Positions 1 to 11,023 of a stretch of DNA of 64,000 bases are shown in pieces. Position 1 is the first letter of the stretch. Every line of letters starts with the position of its first letter. The notes under the pieces are model-generated. The model made no database searches and was not told where the DNA came from. It saw nothing but the letters and a program-made list of their open reading frames with translations. Source of the DNA: Dokdonella sp. (GTDB lineage: Bacteria; Pseudomonadota; Gammaproteobacteria; Xanthomonadales; Rhodanobacteraceae); assembly GCF_035511235.1 (NCBI RefSeq), contig NZ_DATKFQ010000010.1, positions 44,074 through 108,073 on the forward strand. Reading direction: 5' to 3'. Both the position numbers and the translations under genes were made by a program.

Positions 1-2
1 CC

Positions 3-3000
3 AGCGAAGGCGCCTGGTACACGCCACCCGGTGTCGAGCCGGGCTTGCGCCTGATCAACGTGCAGGCGCTCGCATTCGACGGCCGCGACGCGCTGTGGGT
101 CGCCGACGATGCCGGCCTGCGCGCGGTGTCGCCAGGCGACGGCGCGACGCTGCGGCGCGTGAACTCGCCGCAGGTCGACGGCGCGCCCGCCGACATCACC
201 GCACTGCGCGCGACCGCCGACGGCGCGCTGTGGGTCGGCACCACGGCCGGCGTCTGGCGCCTGGCCGCGGGTGCCGGCGAGCTCGAACGCCTGCCCGAGA
301 CGCGCGCCACCTATGCGTTCCACGCCTCCGCCGACGGCACCGTGTACGCGGGCACCGGCGACGGCCTGATCGCGCTGGGCGCCGACGGCTCGACGCGCGG
401 CGTGTGGTCCGGGCGCGACGCGGCGGTACGCGCGATCGGCGAGGACGTGCACGGCCGGCTCTGGCTGGCGGTGTCGGGACAGGGCCTGGTGCTGGTCGAT
501 CCGAAGACCGGCACGGCGCGCCTGCTCGGCCCGAGCCGGGCCCTGCCCGGCTACCTGCCCGACACGACGATCCGCAGCCTCGCGGTCGACCGCTCCGGCC
601 TGCTCTGGATCGGCATGCGCGCGCACGGACTGCTCCGCGTCAATCCGGACGGCGCACCGCTGCCGTACATCGCCGATCTGGACGAATCGCGCGCGTTCGC
701 GCCGACCAACAACATCCGCACGATCCTCGAGGACGGCGACGGCCAGCTCTGGCTCGGCACCGAGGGCGACGGCCTCAAGCGCTACGATCCGCACAGCGGC
801 CGTTTCGCCTACTACCTCAAGCCGCTGCTCGAGTCGCTGCGCCCGCAGACCGGCCTCGCCCGATTGCGCGTGAACCGGCTGGCCGACGCCGGCGACGGAC
901 GCATCCTGGTCGCCAGCGAGTACGGCCTGAGCCTGTTCGATCCGAAGACCGGCAGCGCGACCACGGTGACGCTGGCCGAGGAGACGCGCCGCAAGACGCG
1001 CACGGCCGACGTGCTCTCGGTGCTGCGCGCGACCGACGGCCGGATCTGGTACGGCACGCGCTCGGGCCGCCTCGCCGGCGGCGATCCGGCCACCGGCACC
1101 TGGCAGGTGTTCGACGATCCGGTCGACCCCGCGGCACCGCACGCGCGCAACAGCGTGTTCGCGCTGATCGAGGACCGGCAGGGCCGCATCTGGGCCGGCA
1201 CGCTCGACGGCCTGCGTCTGATCGATCCCGCCAGCGGCCGCGTGCGCGCGTTCCGCTACGTGCCCGGCGATCCGCGCTCGCTGTCCAACAACATCGTGCG
1301 CTCGCTGCTCGAGGATCACGACGGCCGCCTCTGGATCGGCACCCATGGCGGACTGGACCGGCTCGACGCGCTCGGCGAGCAATCGGCGCGCTTCACGCGC
1401 TGGACGCGCGGAAGCGGACTGCCCGACGACACCGTCTACGCGCTGCTCGAGGATCCGCTCGGCCGGGTCTGGCTCAGTACCAACCGCGGCCTGACCTGGT
1501 TCGACCGCGCCAGCACCACGTTCCATACGACCGCGTCCGGAGACGGGCTGCAGGATCTGGAGTTCAACGGCGGCGCCGCGCTGCGCCTGCGCGACGGACG
1601 CATGGCGTTCGGCGGGCTGCGCGGCTTCAACCTGTTCCAGCCGGCCAAGATCACCGCGAGCCGCTACGAGGCGCCGGTCGTGATCACCGGCGTGCGGATC
1701 GGCGCGCAGCCGCGCGTGGACACGATCACCGGTCCGGTCCAGATGCGCCACGAGGACGGCATGGTGCACCTGTCGTTCGCGACGCTGGACTTCGCCGCAT
1801 CGGCGAACCGGCGCCTCAGCTACCGGCTCGAAGGCTTCGACGCCGGCTGGGTCGACGCCGGCGACCAGGGCGAGGCGGTCTATGCCAATCTCGATCCGGG
1901 CCACTACCGCTTCCGCGTGCGCGCAGCCGATCGCCCGGACGGCCGGGCGGCGCCGCAGGCCGAAGCCGATCTGGTCGTCGAGGCGCCGTGGTGGGCCAGC
2001 GACCTGGCCAAGCTGGTCTATGCGCTGAGCGCGGCCGGCCTGATCGCGCTGGCGCTCGCGCTGCGCGCCAGCCGCAACGCGGCGATCCGCCATCATCACC
2101 AGGAGCTGCGCGAGCGCGAGGACCGCCTGCGCATGGTGCTGTGGGGCTCGGGCGACGAGTTCTGGGACTGGAATATCCAGCGCGGCGTGCTGCTGCGGTT
2201 CGGCAGCCGCCTGCTGATGAGCGGCAATCCGCAGGACGAGATTCCGATCGACCAGTGGCAGCAGCAGTCAGTGCATCCGGACGATCTGCAGGGCATGCGC
2301 GAGCGGGTCCGCGCGCATCTGGACGGCGAGACCGAGATCTACGAGTCCGAGCACCGCCTGCGCCGCCGCAGCGGCGAATGGATCTGGGTCATGGCGCGCG
2401 GCAAGGTCGTCGAGCGCGACGCCGCCGGCCGGCCGCTGCGGCTGTGCGGCACCGCGCGCGACATCACGCGCTCGCGCGCCGCCGACCGCGAACGCCGCAT
2501 CGCGCTGGAGGTGATCCGCAGCATGAGCGAGGCGGTCGTCGTGACCGATCTCGAATCGCGCTTCGTCTCGGTCAATCCGGCCTTCACGCAGATGACCGGC
2601 TGGCGCGAGGAAGAGGTCGTCGACCGTCCGACCTCGATCCTCGACTGCAGCCAGCACACGGCCGAGTTCTACGAGGAACTGCGCGCGACGCAGGCGCGCA
2701 CCGGCCACTGGAACGGCGAGCTGTGGCAGCGCCGCAAGGACGGCAGCGAATTCCTGTGCCTGCTGCAGCTCAGCGAGGTCTGCGACGCCGACGGCGTGCG
2801 CACGCATTACGTCGGCGTGCTGACCGACATCACCGACCGCAAGCGCTCCGAGCAGGAGCTGCGCTACCTCGCCAACTACGACATGCTGACCGGCCTGCCG
2901 AACCGCTCGCTGCTGTCCGAGCGGCTCGCGCATGCGATCGTCCGTTCGCGCCGCAGCGGCCGCAAGGTCGCCGTGCTGTTCCTGGATCTGGACCGTTTCA

Positions 3001-4187
3001 AGCACGTCAACGACTCGATGGGCCATGCCGCCGGCGACCGCCTGCTCAAGGCGGCCGGCGCGCGGCTGCGCCGCATCGTGCGCGACAGCGACACCGTCGC
3101 GCGCCACGGCGGCGACGAGTTCACCGTCGTGCTCGACATCGTCGACTTCCACGAGGCCGAGCGCGTCGCGCAGAAGATCATCTCCGCGTTCAGCCAGCCG
3201 CTCGAGCTCGGCAACGGCCAGGACGTCGTGATCTCGCCGTCGATCGGCATCAGCCTGTACCCGGACCACGGGCAGTTCTCGGTGGACCTGCTCAAGTACG
3301 CCGACACCGCGATGTACCAGTCCAAGGAACGCGGCCGCAACACCTACATGTTCTACACCGAGGCGATGGACGCCTCCACGCGGATGCGCGCGACCCTGGT
3401 CGGCGCGCTGCGCAAGGCGATCGAGCGCGGCGAGCTGCACCTGCTCTACCAGCCCAAGCTGTCGCTGCTCGACGACCGCATCACCGGCGTGGAGGCGCTG
3501 CTGCGCTGGAACAGCGAGGAGCTCGGCCTGATCTCGCCGTCGGAGTTCATCCCGATCGCCGAGGAGACCGGCATGATCGTCGAGGTCGGCGAATGGGTGC
3601 TGCGCGAGGCCTGCGCGCAGCTCACGCGCTGGCGCGACGCCGGCATCGAGGATATCGGCATGTCGGTCAACGTCTCGGTGCTGCAGCTGCTGCGCGGCGA
3701 GCTGCCGCAGCGCCTGTGCGACATCCTCGCCGAGTTCGACGTGGCGCCGAACCGCTTCGAGCTGGAACTGACCGAGAGCATGGTCATGGCCAATGCCGAG
3801 CAGTCGATCACGACGCTGCGCCAGCTCAAGACCGTCGGCGTCACGCTGGCGATCGACGACTTCGGCACCGGCTATTCGTCGCTGGCCTACCTGAAGCGGC
3901 TGCCGATCGACACGCTGAAGATCGACAAGGCCTTCGTCGGCGACATCACGACCGATCCGGACGACGAGGCGATCACCGCCACGATCATCAACATGGCGCA
4001 CTCGCTCGGACTGAACGTCGTCGCCGAGGGCGTGGAGTCGGCCGAGCAGATCGAGTACCTGCGCGAGCAGGGCTGCGACGAGGTGCAGGGCCACTGGCTG
4101 TCGTGGCCGCTGACCCAGGATGCCTGTCTGGAATTCCTGCGCGCACGTCCGGCGCGGCGCGGTGTCGAGGCGCCGGGCTGGGGCTGA
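3..4187 (+). CDS. Membrane-anchored c-di-GMP signalling protein (beta-propeller sensor repeats, Y_Y_Y, TM, 2xPAS, GGDEF, EAL); 5'-truncated by the window edge
   Basis: Frame is open from position 3. Repeated GxLWIGTxxG propeller motifs, LDPGHYRFRVRA (Y_Y_Y), TM near WWASDLAKLVY, PAS HPDD motif, intact HGGDEF with RDSD I-site, GVEALLRW and DDFGTGYSS. Confidence 0.92.
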   Translation, partial: SEGAWYTPPGVEPGLRLINVQALAFDGRDALWVADDAGLRAVSPGDGATLRRVNSPQVDGAPADITALRATADGALWVGTTAGVWRLAAGAGELERLPETRATYAFHASADGTVYAGTGDGLIALGADGSTRGVWSGRDAAVRAIGEDVHGRLWLAVSGQGLVLVDPKTGTARLLGPSRALPGYLPDTTIRSLAVDRSGLLWIGMRAHGLLRVNPDGAPLPYIADLDESRAFAPTNNIRTILEDGDGQLWLGTEGDGLKRYDPHSGRFAYYLKPLLESLRPQTGLARLRVNRLADAGDGRILVASEYGLSLFDPKTGSATTVTLAEETRRKTRTADVLSVLRATDGRIWYGTRSGRLAGGDPATGTWQVFDDPVDPAAPHARNSVFALIEDRQGRIWAGTLDGLRLIDPASGRVRAFRYVPGDPRSLSNNIVRSLLEDHDGRLWIGTHGGLDRLDALGEQSARFTRWTRGSGLPDDTVYALLEDPLGRVWLSTNRGLTWFDRASTTFHTTASGDGLQDLEFNGGAALRLRDGRMAFGGLRGFNLFQPAKITASRYEAPVVITGVRIGAQPRVDTITGPVQMRHEDGMVHLSFATLDFAASANRRLSYRLEGFDAGWVDAGDQGEAVYANLDPGHYRFRVRAADRPDGRAAPQAEADLVVEAPWWASDLAKLVYALSAAGLIALALALRASRNAAIRHHHQELREREDRLRMVLWGSGDEFWDWNIQRGVLLRFGSRLLMSGNPQDEIPIDQWQQQSVHPDDLQGMRERVRAHLDGETEIYESEHRLRRRSGEWIWVMARGKVVERDAAGRPLRLCGTARDITRSRAADRERRIALEVIRSMSEAVVVTDLESRFVSVNPAFTQMTGWREEEVVDRPTSILDCSQHTAEFYEELRATQARTGHWNGELWQRRKDGSEFLCLLQLSEVCDADGVRTHYVGVLTDITDRKRSEQELRYLANYDMLTGLPNRSLLSERLAHAIVRSRRSGRKVAVLFLDLDRFKHVNDSMGHAAGDRLLKAAGARLRRIVRDSDTVARHGGDEFTVVLDIVDFHEAERVAQKIISAFSQPLELGNGQDVVISPSIGISLYPDHGQFSVDLLKYADTAMYQSKERGRNTYMFYTEAMDASTRMRATLVGALRKAIERGELHLLYQPKLSLLDDRITGVEALLRWNSEELGLISPSEFIPIAEETGMIVEVGEWVLREACAQLTRWRDAGIEDIGMSVNVSVLQLLRGELPQRLCDILAEFDVAPNRFELELTESMVMANAEQSITTLRQLKTVGVTLAIDDFGTGYSSLAYLKRLPIDTLKIDKAFVGDITTDPDDEAITATIINMAHSLGLNVVAEGVESAEQIEYLREQGCDEVQGHWLSWPLTQDACLEFLRARPARRGVEAPGWG

Positions 4188-4263
4188 CGTCGCAGCGGCC
4201 GGCCGCTGCGGCCGGTCGCCCCGAGACAGCCGCCGCCCGCATTGCACGGGCGGCGGCGGAACC

Positions 4264-6009
4264 TCACTCGAAACCGCTTTCGAAGATCGTGTCGTCCGAC
4301 ACCTCGGGCACGGTCACGCCGTAGGTGCAGCCGCGCGCGCCGCCGGCATTGCCGGAGTTGAACGCGAAGCCGATCTGGTTGACCTGATCGGCCGTATAGC
4401 CCATCGCCGCGGCGGCGTTGATGACCGCCTGCGCGGCCGTCTTCTGGTTGACGCCGCTGCCGGTGGTCATCGACAGGCCGCGCGCGTGCGCACGATCCAT
4501 CGCCTGGCCGCCGATCAGCTCGCGCGCATAGAAGTTGCACGAGGCCCAGTACTGGCCCTGCGCATGGATGCCGCTGCCGATGTTGCCGGGATAGGTGCGG
4601 TTGAGCTGCCAGTTGACGACGCGGCCGGCCCAGAACGGGTTGTGGCCGTCCCAACTGAACATCCAGTAGTACTGCGGGTCCGCCGGCGTCCACTGGCCCG
4701 GGAAATCCGCGCTGTAGGAATGCGCGAAGTAGTCGCCGACGCCCTCGGACAGGCCTTCGGTCTGAGAGATCACGCCGGCCAGCCAGTGATGCAGGCCGTG
4801 GCCGAGCTCGTGCACGATCACGTCGGCGTCCTCGGCGTCGTCGACGCCGCCCTCGCCGAACTGCAGACGGCGCGTCGCCGGCGTATAGCTGGAATTGTCC
4901 TGGCCGCTGAAGCCGTGCGGATCGAAGACCACGGCGGTGTTGCTCGGGCTCGGCACCGCGGTGACGCCGAGCGTCTGGTTCACGTACCGCATGTAGGTAT
5001 CGATGTGGTAGTACGTGTTGACGCCTTCGAACGCGTCCTGGCTGCGCGTGAAGTTGAAGGCGCTCGAGGCCTGCGTCACGCAGTCGCCGGCCGAAGGCGA
5101 GGTCCAGTCCAGGCAGGATGCATAGGTACCGACCAGGCTGTGCACGCCGCCGCTGAAGGTCAGATCGCGCAGCGTCACCGCATGGCGCGCAGCGGTCAGC
5201 TGGGTCGTGTCGGCGTCACCGCCGTCGGTGTAGCCCGGACTGTTGTAGGTGCTGCGCGTATACGACAGCGGATCGGGGTAGAACACCATCGCCGTGCCGT
5301 CGGCGTAGGCGTTGGTGTCCTCGGCGCGCAGGATCTCGCCGGTCTGCGTATCGACCAGCACTTCCCAGGCGCCGTCGAGGCCGACCGCCTGCACGGTGGT
5401 CTGCCAGACGCGGTGCGTGCCGGTCGGGGCGCGGTAGACGACCTCGCGCACGTCCTCGAACAGGATGCGTGCGTCGGCCGCGATGCCGAGGTATGCGCGC
5501 GCGATCGACATCGCGTCCGCGCCGCTGCGGCGCGACACCGTATCGACGGTCTGCAGCCCCCGCTGCGTGCCGTTGGACACGAAGATCACCTTGCCGGCCG
5601 GCGTCACGCTGACCGCCAGCCAGCTGTCGTAGACCGGCAGTCCCTGCGCGGTCTGGTTGAAGCGCACGACCGAGAAGTCGTCGCCCTCGCGCACCTCGTG
5701 CGTGACCAGCGTGTCGAGCTCGGCCTGCTGCAGCCCGAGCACGCCGTGACGCGCGGCCAGGTACTCGCGCGCCATCTGCTCGGGCGCAGCACGCTGCGCG
5801 GTGTACCGAGGCGTGTGGATCGAAAGCGCGGCTCCGTCGCTCAGGTACTGTCCGTCCTCGCGGTCGGCCGGGCGCTCGGCGGCGACGACGCCGCGCGTCA
5901 GCGCCGCGTTCTGCGCGGGAATGTACGGCTGCGCCTGTACGTACCCGGCCGCACAGGCCAGTATGATCGACAAGGACAACGGGCGCAGCGCCCGGGTGGT
6001 TCGGTTCAT
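4264..6009 (-). CDS. Secreted M36/M4-like (fungalysin/thermolysin-type) zinc metallopeptidase with propeptide; C-terminal DTIFESGFE tail
   Basis: Signal peptide, FTP/PepSY-like propeptide, VHELGHGLH (HExxH) and downstream SEGVGDYFA. ATG at 6009 follows a GGGAG RBS. Confidence 0.85.
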   Translation of the reverse strand: MNRTTRALRPLSLSIILACAAGYVQAQPYIPAQNAALTRGVVAAERPADREDGQYLSDGAALSIHTPRYTAQRAAPEQMAREYLAARHGVLGLQQAELDTLVTHEVREGDDFSVVRFNQTAQGLPVYDSWLAVSVTPAGKVIFVSNGTQRGLQTVDTVSRRSGADAMSIARAYLGIAADARILFEDVREVVYRAPTGTHRVWQTTVQAVGLDGAWEVLVDTQTGEILRAEDTNAYADGTAMVFYPDPLSYTRSTYNSPGYTDGGDADTTQLTAARHAVTLRDLTFSGGVHSLVGTYASCLDWTSPSAGDCVTQASSAFNFTRSQDAFEGVNTYYHIDTYMRYVNQTLGVTAVPSPSNTAVVFDPHGFSGQDNSSYTPATRRLQFGEGGVDDAEDADVIVHELGHGLHHWLAGVISQTEGLSEGVGDYFAHSYSADFPGQWTPADPQYYWMFSWDGHNPFWAGRVVNWQLNRTYPGNIGSGIHAQGQYWASCNFYARELIGGQAMDRAHARGLSMTTGSGVNQKTAAQAVINAAAAMGYTADQVNQIGFAFNSGNAGGARGCTYGVTVPEVSDDTIFESGFE

Positions 6010-6158
6010 TCGGTGATCTCCCACAGTGCGTTGGTGTATCGAGTGGCCCCTAGTCGCCGCGACACTCCCTCGGCAACCGGACGATCATAGCCCCGCTGGC
6101 GCTGTGCGGGCGCTGCTGCGACGGCAACGGCACTGGTGTATGATCCGCGCCCCCAAGC

Positions 6159-6182
6159 ATCCATTCATCCGTATAGAAGGAT
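6159..6182 (+). promoter_or_regulatory. Candidate operator in the metK leader (ATCC-N8-GGAT palindrome), downstream of a TATGAT -10-like hexamer at 6139-6144
   Basis: ATCCGTATAGAAGGAT at 6167-6182, with an extra ATCC at 6159. AT-rich patch in GC-rich DNA. Confidence 0.3.
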
Positions 6183-6192
6183 ATTCGCCGCA

Positions 6193-7392
6193 ATGAGCAG
6201 CTACCTGTTCACGTCAGAATCGGTGTCCGAGGGCCATCCGGACAAGGTCGCCGACCAGATCTCCGACGCCGTTCTCGACGCGATCCTGGCCCAGGACAAG
6301 CGCGCCCGCGTCGCCTGCGAAACCCTGGTCAAGACCGGTGTGGCGATCGTCGCCGGCGAAGTCACCACCAGCGCATGGATCGACCTGGAGACGCTGACGC
6401 GCAAGGTCATCCTCGACATCGGTTATGACAGCTCCCAGGTCGGCTTCGACGGCGAGACCTGCGGCGTGCTGAACCTGATCGGCAAGCAGTCGCCCGACAT
6501 CAACCAGGGCGTGGACCGCAAGAAGCCCGAGGAACAGGGCGCCGGCGACCAGGGCCTGATGTTCGGCTACGCGACCAACGAGACCAAGGACTACATGCCC
6601 GCGGCGATCTACTACTCGCACCGTCTGGTCGAGCAGCAGGCCAAGGTGCGCAAGAAGAAGAACTCGCCGCTGCCGTGGCTGCGTCCGGACGCCAAGTCGC
6701 AGGTCACGCTGCGCTACGAGGACGGCAAGGCGGTCGCGATCGACGCGGTGGTGCTGTCGACCCAGCACGATCCGTCGGTCCGGCAAAAGGATCTGGTCGA
6801 GGCCGTGCGCGAGACGATCCTCAAGCCGGTGCTGCCGGCCAAGTGGCTGCACAAGGGCACCAAGTACCACATCAACCCGACCGGCAAGTTCGTGATCGGC
6901 GGCCCGGTCGGCGACTGCGGCCTGACCGGCCGCAAGATCATCGTCGACACCTATGGCGGCTGGGCCCGCCATGGCGGCGGCGCGTTCTCGGGCAAGGATC
7001 CGTCCAAGGTCGACCGCTCGGCCGCCTATGCGGCGCGCTACGTCGCCAAGAACATCGTCGCCGCCGGCATCGCCGACCGCTGCGAGGTGCAGGTCAGCTA
7101 CGCGATCGGCGTGGCCGAGCCGACCTCGATCTCGGTCACGACGTTCGGCACCGGCAAGATCCCCGACGAGAAGATCGAGAAGCTGATCCGCAAGCACTTC
7201 GACCTGCGCCCGTACGGCATCATCAAGATGCTCGACCTGGTGCACCCGATGTACCAGGCAACCGCCAGCTACGGCCACTTCGGCCGCACGCCGTACCAGG
7301 TCACGCTGGCCGACGGCGAGACCTTCACGGCGTTCTCGTGGGAGAAGACCGATCGCGCCGAGGCGCTGCGCGCCGACGCCAAGATCAAGTAA
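6193..7392 (+). CDS. metK: S-adenosylmethionine synthetase
   Basis: [29 protein letters not shown] signatures. Confidence 0.99.
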   Translation: MSSYLFTSESVSEGHPDKVADQISDAVLDAILAQDKRARVACETLVKTGVAIVAGEVTTSAWIDLETLTRKVILDIGYDSSQVGFDGETCGVLNLIGKQSPDINQGVDRKKPEEQGAGDQGLMFGYATNETKDYMPAAIYYSHRLVEQQAKVRKKKNSPLPWLRPDAKSQVTLRYEDGKAVAIDAVVLSTQHDPSVRQKDLVEAVRETILKPVLPAKWLHKGTKYHINPTGKFVIGGPVGDCGLTGRKIIVDTYGGWARHGGGAFSGKDPSKVDRSAAYAARYVAKNIVAAGIADRCEVQVSYAIGVAEPTSISVTTFGTGKIPDEKIEKLIRKHFDLRPYGIIKMLDLVHPMYQATASYGHFGRTPYQVTLADGETFTAFSWEKTDRAEALRADAKIK

Positions 7393-7415
7393 GTCTTCGC
7401 GGCGGCATCGTCGCG

Positions 7416-7450
7416 ACGAAAGAAGGGGCGCCTCGGCGCCCCTTCTTCGT
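7416..7450. terminator. Bidirectional intrinsic terminator between convergent metK and the S9 peptidase
   Basis: ACGAAAGAAGGGGCGCC-TC-GGCGCCCCTTCTTCGT hairpin with A/T-rich flanks. Confidence 0.85.
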
Positions 7451-7552
7451 TTCGGTCCGGGCGATCGCGGCGGCCGGCTGAAACCGACGCCCGCGACCGC
7501 AGCCATGGCGCGCTGCCTGCCGGCGAGGACGCCGGCCGCTGCATCGGCCGCG

Positions 7553-10015
7553 CTACGGCGCCGCCTGCGCGCGCGGCGGCGCGTTCTTGACGTAGCGCTC
7601 GAGCCAGCGGTCGGTCTCGGCCAGCATCTGCAGCACCGACTCGCGCGCGCGGTAGCCGTGGCTCTCGTTCGGCAGCATGACCAGCCGCGCGGTGCCGCCC
7701 AGGCCCTTGATCGCGGCGAACATCCGCTCGCTCTGGATCGGGAACGTGCCGGAGTTGTTGTCCTGCTCGCCGTGGATCAGCAGCAGCGGATCGGCGATGC
7801 GGTCGGCGTAGTTGAACGGCGACATCGCCTGGTAGACCGGCTGCGCCTGCCAGTAGCTGCGCTCCTCGGACTGGAAGCCGAACGGCGTCAGCGTGCGGTT
7901 GTAGGCGCCGCTGCGCGCGATGCCGGCGCGGAACAGCCGCGTATGCGCGAGCAGGTTGGCGGTCATGAACGCGCCGTAGGAATGGCCGCCGACCGCGATG
8001 CGGTCGCGATCGGCGACGCCGCGCCGGACCACCTCGTCGATCGCCGCCTCGGCGCCGGCGACGAGCTGGGTCACGTAGGTGTCGTTGGGCTCGGCTTCGC
8101 CCTCGCCGACGATCGGCATCGACGGATCGTCGAGCACCGCATAGCCGCGCGCGAGGAACGCCTGCGGTCCCCAGTAGCTGATGAAGTTGAAGCGGTACGG
8201 CGAGTCGGTGACCTGGCCGGCCGCGTCGGCCGATTTGAACTCCTGCGGATAGGCCCACATCAGCAGCGGCAGCGGACCGTCGCGGCGCGCATCGTAGCCG
8301 GGCGGCAGATACAGCGTGCCGGTCAGGTCGACGCCGTCCTTGCGCTTGTAGCGGATCTGCTCCTTGCTGACGCCCTTGAGCTGCGGCGTCGGATGCGCGA
8401 AGCGGGTCAGCGCGATCGGTGCGCGGCGGCCGTTGCGCAGCATGTAATTGGCCGGCTCGGTCGGCGACTCGCGCGTCGTCAGCAGGCGTTCGCCGCGATC
8501 GTCGAGCAGTGCCTTGGGCTGCTCGTAGTACGGCGCCTGCGAATGGAACAGCCGCGTCTTGCGGCCGCTGTCCAGATCGAGCCGGTCGACGAACGGCCGG
8601 TCGCCCTCGGGCGATGCGCCCTCGCCGATCAGAAACAAGGCGCGGCCGCCGTCGGCCAGCAGCACGCGTGCGTTGCCGGCGGCGTCGGTGACCGTCACCG
8701 GCATGCCCGGATCGTTGTAGCGGTCCTCGAACGAGCCGTCGCGCAGCAGCTGCGGCGCGGTCTGCGGCGCATCGGGCTTGACCCGCCACAGCTTGATCGC
8801 GCGCGTCTTCCACCAGTACTCGTGGATCAGCGCCAGATCGCCGTCGCCCCAGAGGACGCCGCCGTAGCGCTGCGCCAGCCGCGCCAGCACGACCGGCGCC
8901 TGATCGAACGGCGCCGCCTGCATCAGCACGTGATCGCGAACGGCCGCTTCGCGCGACGGATCGCCGCCGTCCTGGGCCTCGGCCCAGACCAGCGTGGCCG
9001 GCGCATCGGCGCGCCATTCGATCGAGCGCACGCCCTCGCGTTCGGCATCGTTGCCGACCGGCAGGCCCTCGACCAGCGGCAGCGCGGCGATCTCGCGAAT
9101 CAGGCTGCCGTCGCGGCCGAACACCTCGATCCGATGCGGGAAGCTGTCGATCGGCACCAAATACGAGAACGGGCGCTCGACGCGCTGGGCCAGCACGTAG
9201 CGGCCGTCCGGCGAAGGCTCGGCCGACAGCCACGACGCCGGCTCGCCGATGCGCTCGATGCGGCCGTCCAGCGCGATGCGCGCCATCTGCGAACGCAGGT
9301 AGAACTCGAGCAGACGTGCATCGGCCTCGTTGCGCAGCAGGTCCGGATAGGTGCGGATCTGCTTGACGCCGGCGCCGGCCGCGGTCTCCTGTACGGACGG
9401 GCCGGTCGGCGTGCCGTCCGACGGCGGCGGCGCGCCCTGCCCTTCGGGCTGCAGCAGCGCGAACAGGCCGCTGCTGTCGGGCAGCCAGCTGTAGCCGCGT
9501 CCGGCCACGGCGTTGAGTCCGCCGGCGAGCCGGCGCGCGCGGTGCGTGGCGAGCTCGACCACCCACAGCTCGTTGGCGCCGCTGGCGGGGTCGACGTGAT
9601 TGAACGCGAGGTGGCGCTGGTCCGGCGACCACCGCACGCCGGCGATCGCCAGCGGCTTCGGCAGCCCGGCGATGCGGATCTCCTTGCGCGTCTCCAGATC
9701 GAGCAGCCACAGGTCCGAGCCGAACGAGAAGCGGCTCTGCGCATGCGTGCGCGGGTGGATGCGCAGGCCGGCCAGCTTCAGTTCCGGCTGCGCGACGACG
9801 TCGATGCCCGGCAGCGACGGCACCTGCATCAGCGCGGCCAGATCTCGATGCGGGCTCAGGAACAATTGCGGCGGACGCGCCGCGTCGACGATCGCGACCA
9901 GCTCGGCGGCAGGCGTCTCGTAGCGCGGCGGCGCGGCGCTGGGCTGCGCGACGCTCGCCGCGCTCCAGGCCGCCATGGCGGCGATCGCCCATCGGCGCAG
10001 GGGAAATGCAGTCAT
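7553..10015 (-). CDS. Secreted S9 (prolyl oligopeptidase family) serine peptidase, glutamyl-endopeptidase-like
   Basis: Signal peptide MTAFPLRRW, propeller region, GGHSYG nucleophile elbow, HGEQDNNSG (Asp) and ESHGY (His). Confidence 0.9.
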   Translation of the reverse strand: MTAFPLRRWAIAAMAAWSAASVAQPSAAPPRYETPAAELVAIVDAARPPQLFLSPHRDLAALMQVPSLPGIDVVAQPELKLAGLRIHPRTHAQSRFSFGSDLWLLDLETRKEIRIAGLPKPLAIAGVRWSPDQRHLAFNHVDPASGANELWVVELATHRARRLAGGLNAVAGRGYSWLPDSSGLFALLQPEGQGAPPPSDGTPTGPSVQETAAGAGVKQIRTYPDLLRNEADARLLEFYLRSQMARIALDGRIERIGEPASWLSAEPSPDGRYVLAQRVERPFSYLVPIDSFPHRIEVFGRDGSLIREIAALPLVEGLPVGNDAEREGVRSIEWRADAPATLVWAEAQDGGDPSREAAVRDHVLMQAAPFDQAPVVLARLAQRYGGVLWGDGDLALIHEYWWKTRAIKLWRVKPDAPQTAPQLLRDGSFEDRYNDPGMPVTVTDAAGNARVLLADGGRALFLIGEGASPEGDRPFVDRLDLDSGRKTRLFHSQAPYYEQPKALLDDRGERLLTTRESPTEPANYMLRNGRRAPIALTRFAHPTPQLKGVSKEQIRYKRKDGVDLTGTLYLPPGYDARRDGPLPLLMWAYPQEFKSADAAGQVTDSPYRFNFISYWGPQAFLARGYAVLDDPSMPIVGEGEAEPNDTYVTQLVAGAEAAIDEVVRRGVADRDRIAVGGHSYGAFMTANLLAHTRLFRAGIARSGAYNRTLTPFGFQSEERSYWQAQPVYQAMSPFNYADRIADPLLLIHGEQDNNSGTFPIQSERMFAAIKGLGGTARLVMLPNESHGYRARESVLQMLAETDRWLERYVKNAPPRAQAAP

Positions 10016-10152
10016 CGTCGGATCTCCATGGATCGGGCCGTCGGACGGCGGCCGCTCGCGCGCAGCATGGCAGGCCCGCGATGCTGCCGGCCCGTGCCGT
10101 TGGTCGTCCCGGCACCGGTCCACGGCCGGCCGCCATCGGCTACGATCGCGCA

Positions 10153-10779
10153 ATGAACGACTCCGCCAACCGCCGGCCGCTGGCCTCGCGCGGCACGCGC
10201 TGGGCGCAGGCGCTGGCCGGTGCGCTCGCGCGCAGCCCGCTCACGCCGAACCAGATCTCGGTCGCCAGCATCGCCTTCGCGCTCGCCGGTGCCGCGCTGC
10301 TGCTGTGGCGGCCGACGCCGGCCGGCCTCGTGCTGTGCGCGCTGTGCGTGCAGCTGCGCCTGCTGTGCAATCTGCTCGACGGCATGGTCGCGATCGAGGG
10401 CGGCAAGTCCTCGCCGCTCGGCGCGCTCTACAACGAATTTCCGGACCGCATCGCCGACTCGCTGCTGATCGTCGCGCTCGGCTATGCGACCGCGCAGCCG
10501 TGGCTCGGCTGGCTCGGCGCGCTGCTGGCGGCGCTGACCGCCTACATCCGCGTCACCGGCGGCAGCCTCGGCCTGGCCCAGGACTTCCGCGGACCGATGG
10601 CCAAGCCGCACCGCATGGCGGTGCTGACGCTGGCCTGCCTGCTCGGCGCCGCCGAGCTGGCGATGGCCGGCAGCCGCCATGCATTGACGATCGCGGCTGC
10701 GCTGATCGCACTCGGCGCGGCCGTGACCTGCGTGACGCGCACGCGTGCATTGGCGCGCAGCCTGCGCGCCCGCCGCTGA
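10153..10779 (+). CDS. CDP-alcohol phosphatidyltransferase family protein
   Basis: LTPNQIS start and the LLDGMVAIEGG...GALYNEFPDRIAD signature. Hydrophobic. Confidence 0.9.
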   Translation: MNDSANRRPLASRGTRWAQALAGALARSPLTPNQISVASIAFALAGAALLLWRPTPAGLVLCALCVQLRLLCNLLDGMVAIEGGKSSPLGALYNEFPDRIADSLLIVALGYATAQPWLGWLGALLAALTAYIRVTGGSLGLAQDFRGPMAKPHRMAVLTLACLLGAAELAMAGSRHALTIAAALIALGAAVTCVTRTRALARSLRARR

Positions 10780-11023
10780 CGGCGCCGCGCGGCGGACGCA
10801 TGCGCGCGGCCCTCGTCGGGCGACGCCGCGCGTCGATCGACCGCTCCGGCCGTCCGCCGGCGATCCTGTCTGCGGCCGGCAGCGCCGCACTCACCACGCG
10901 CGCGGCGCAAAGACCGCAGCCTCGCCGGGAACGGCCGGCGGCGCATCACGTCCGCCGGCCGCTGCTTACTCGGCGCGCGGCGCGCTGCACGGCACCGCGC
11001 GATTCGACCGACGCGATCCCGCC

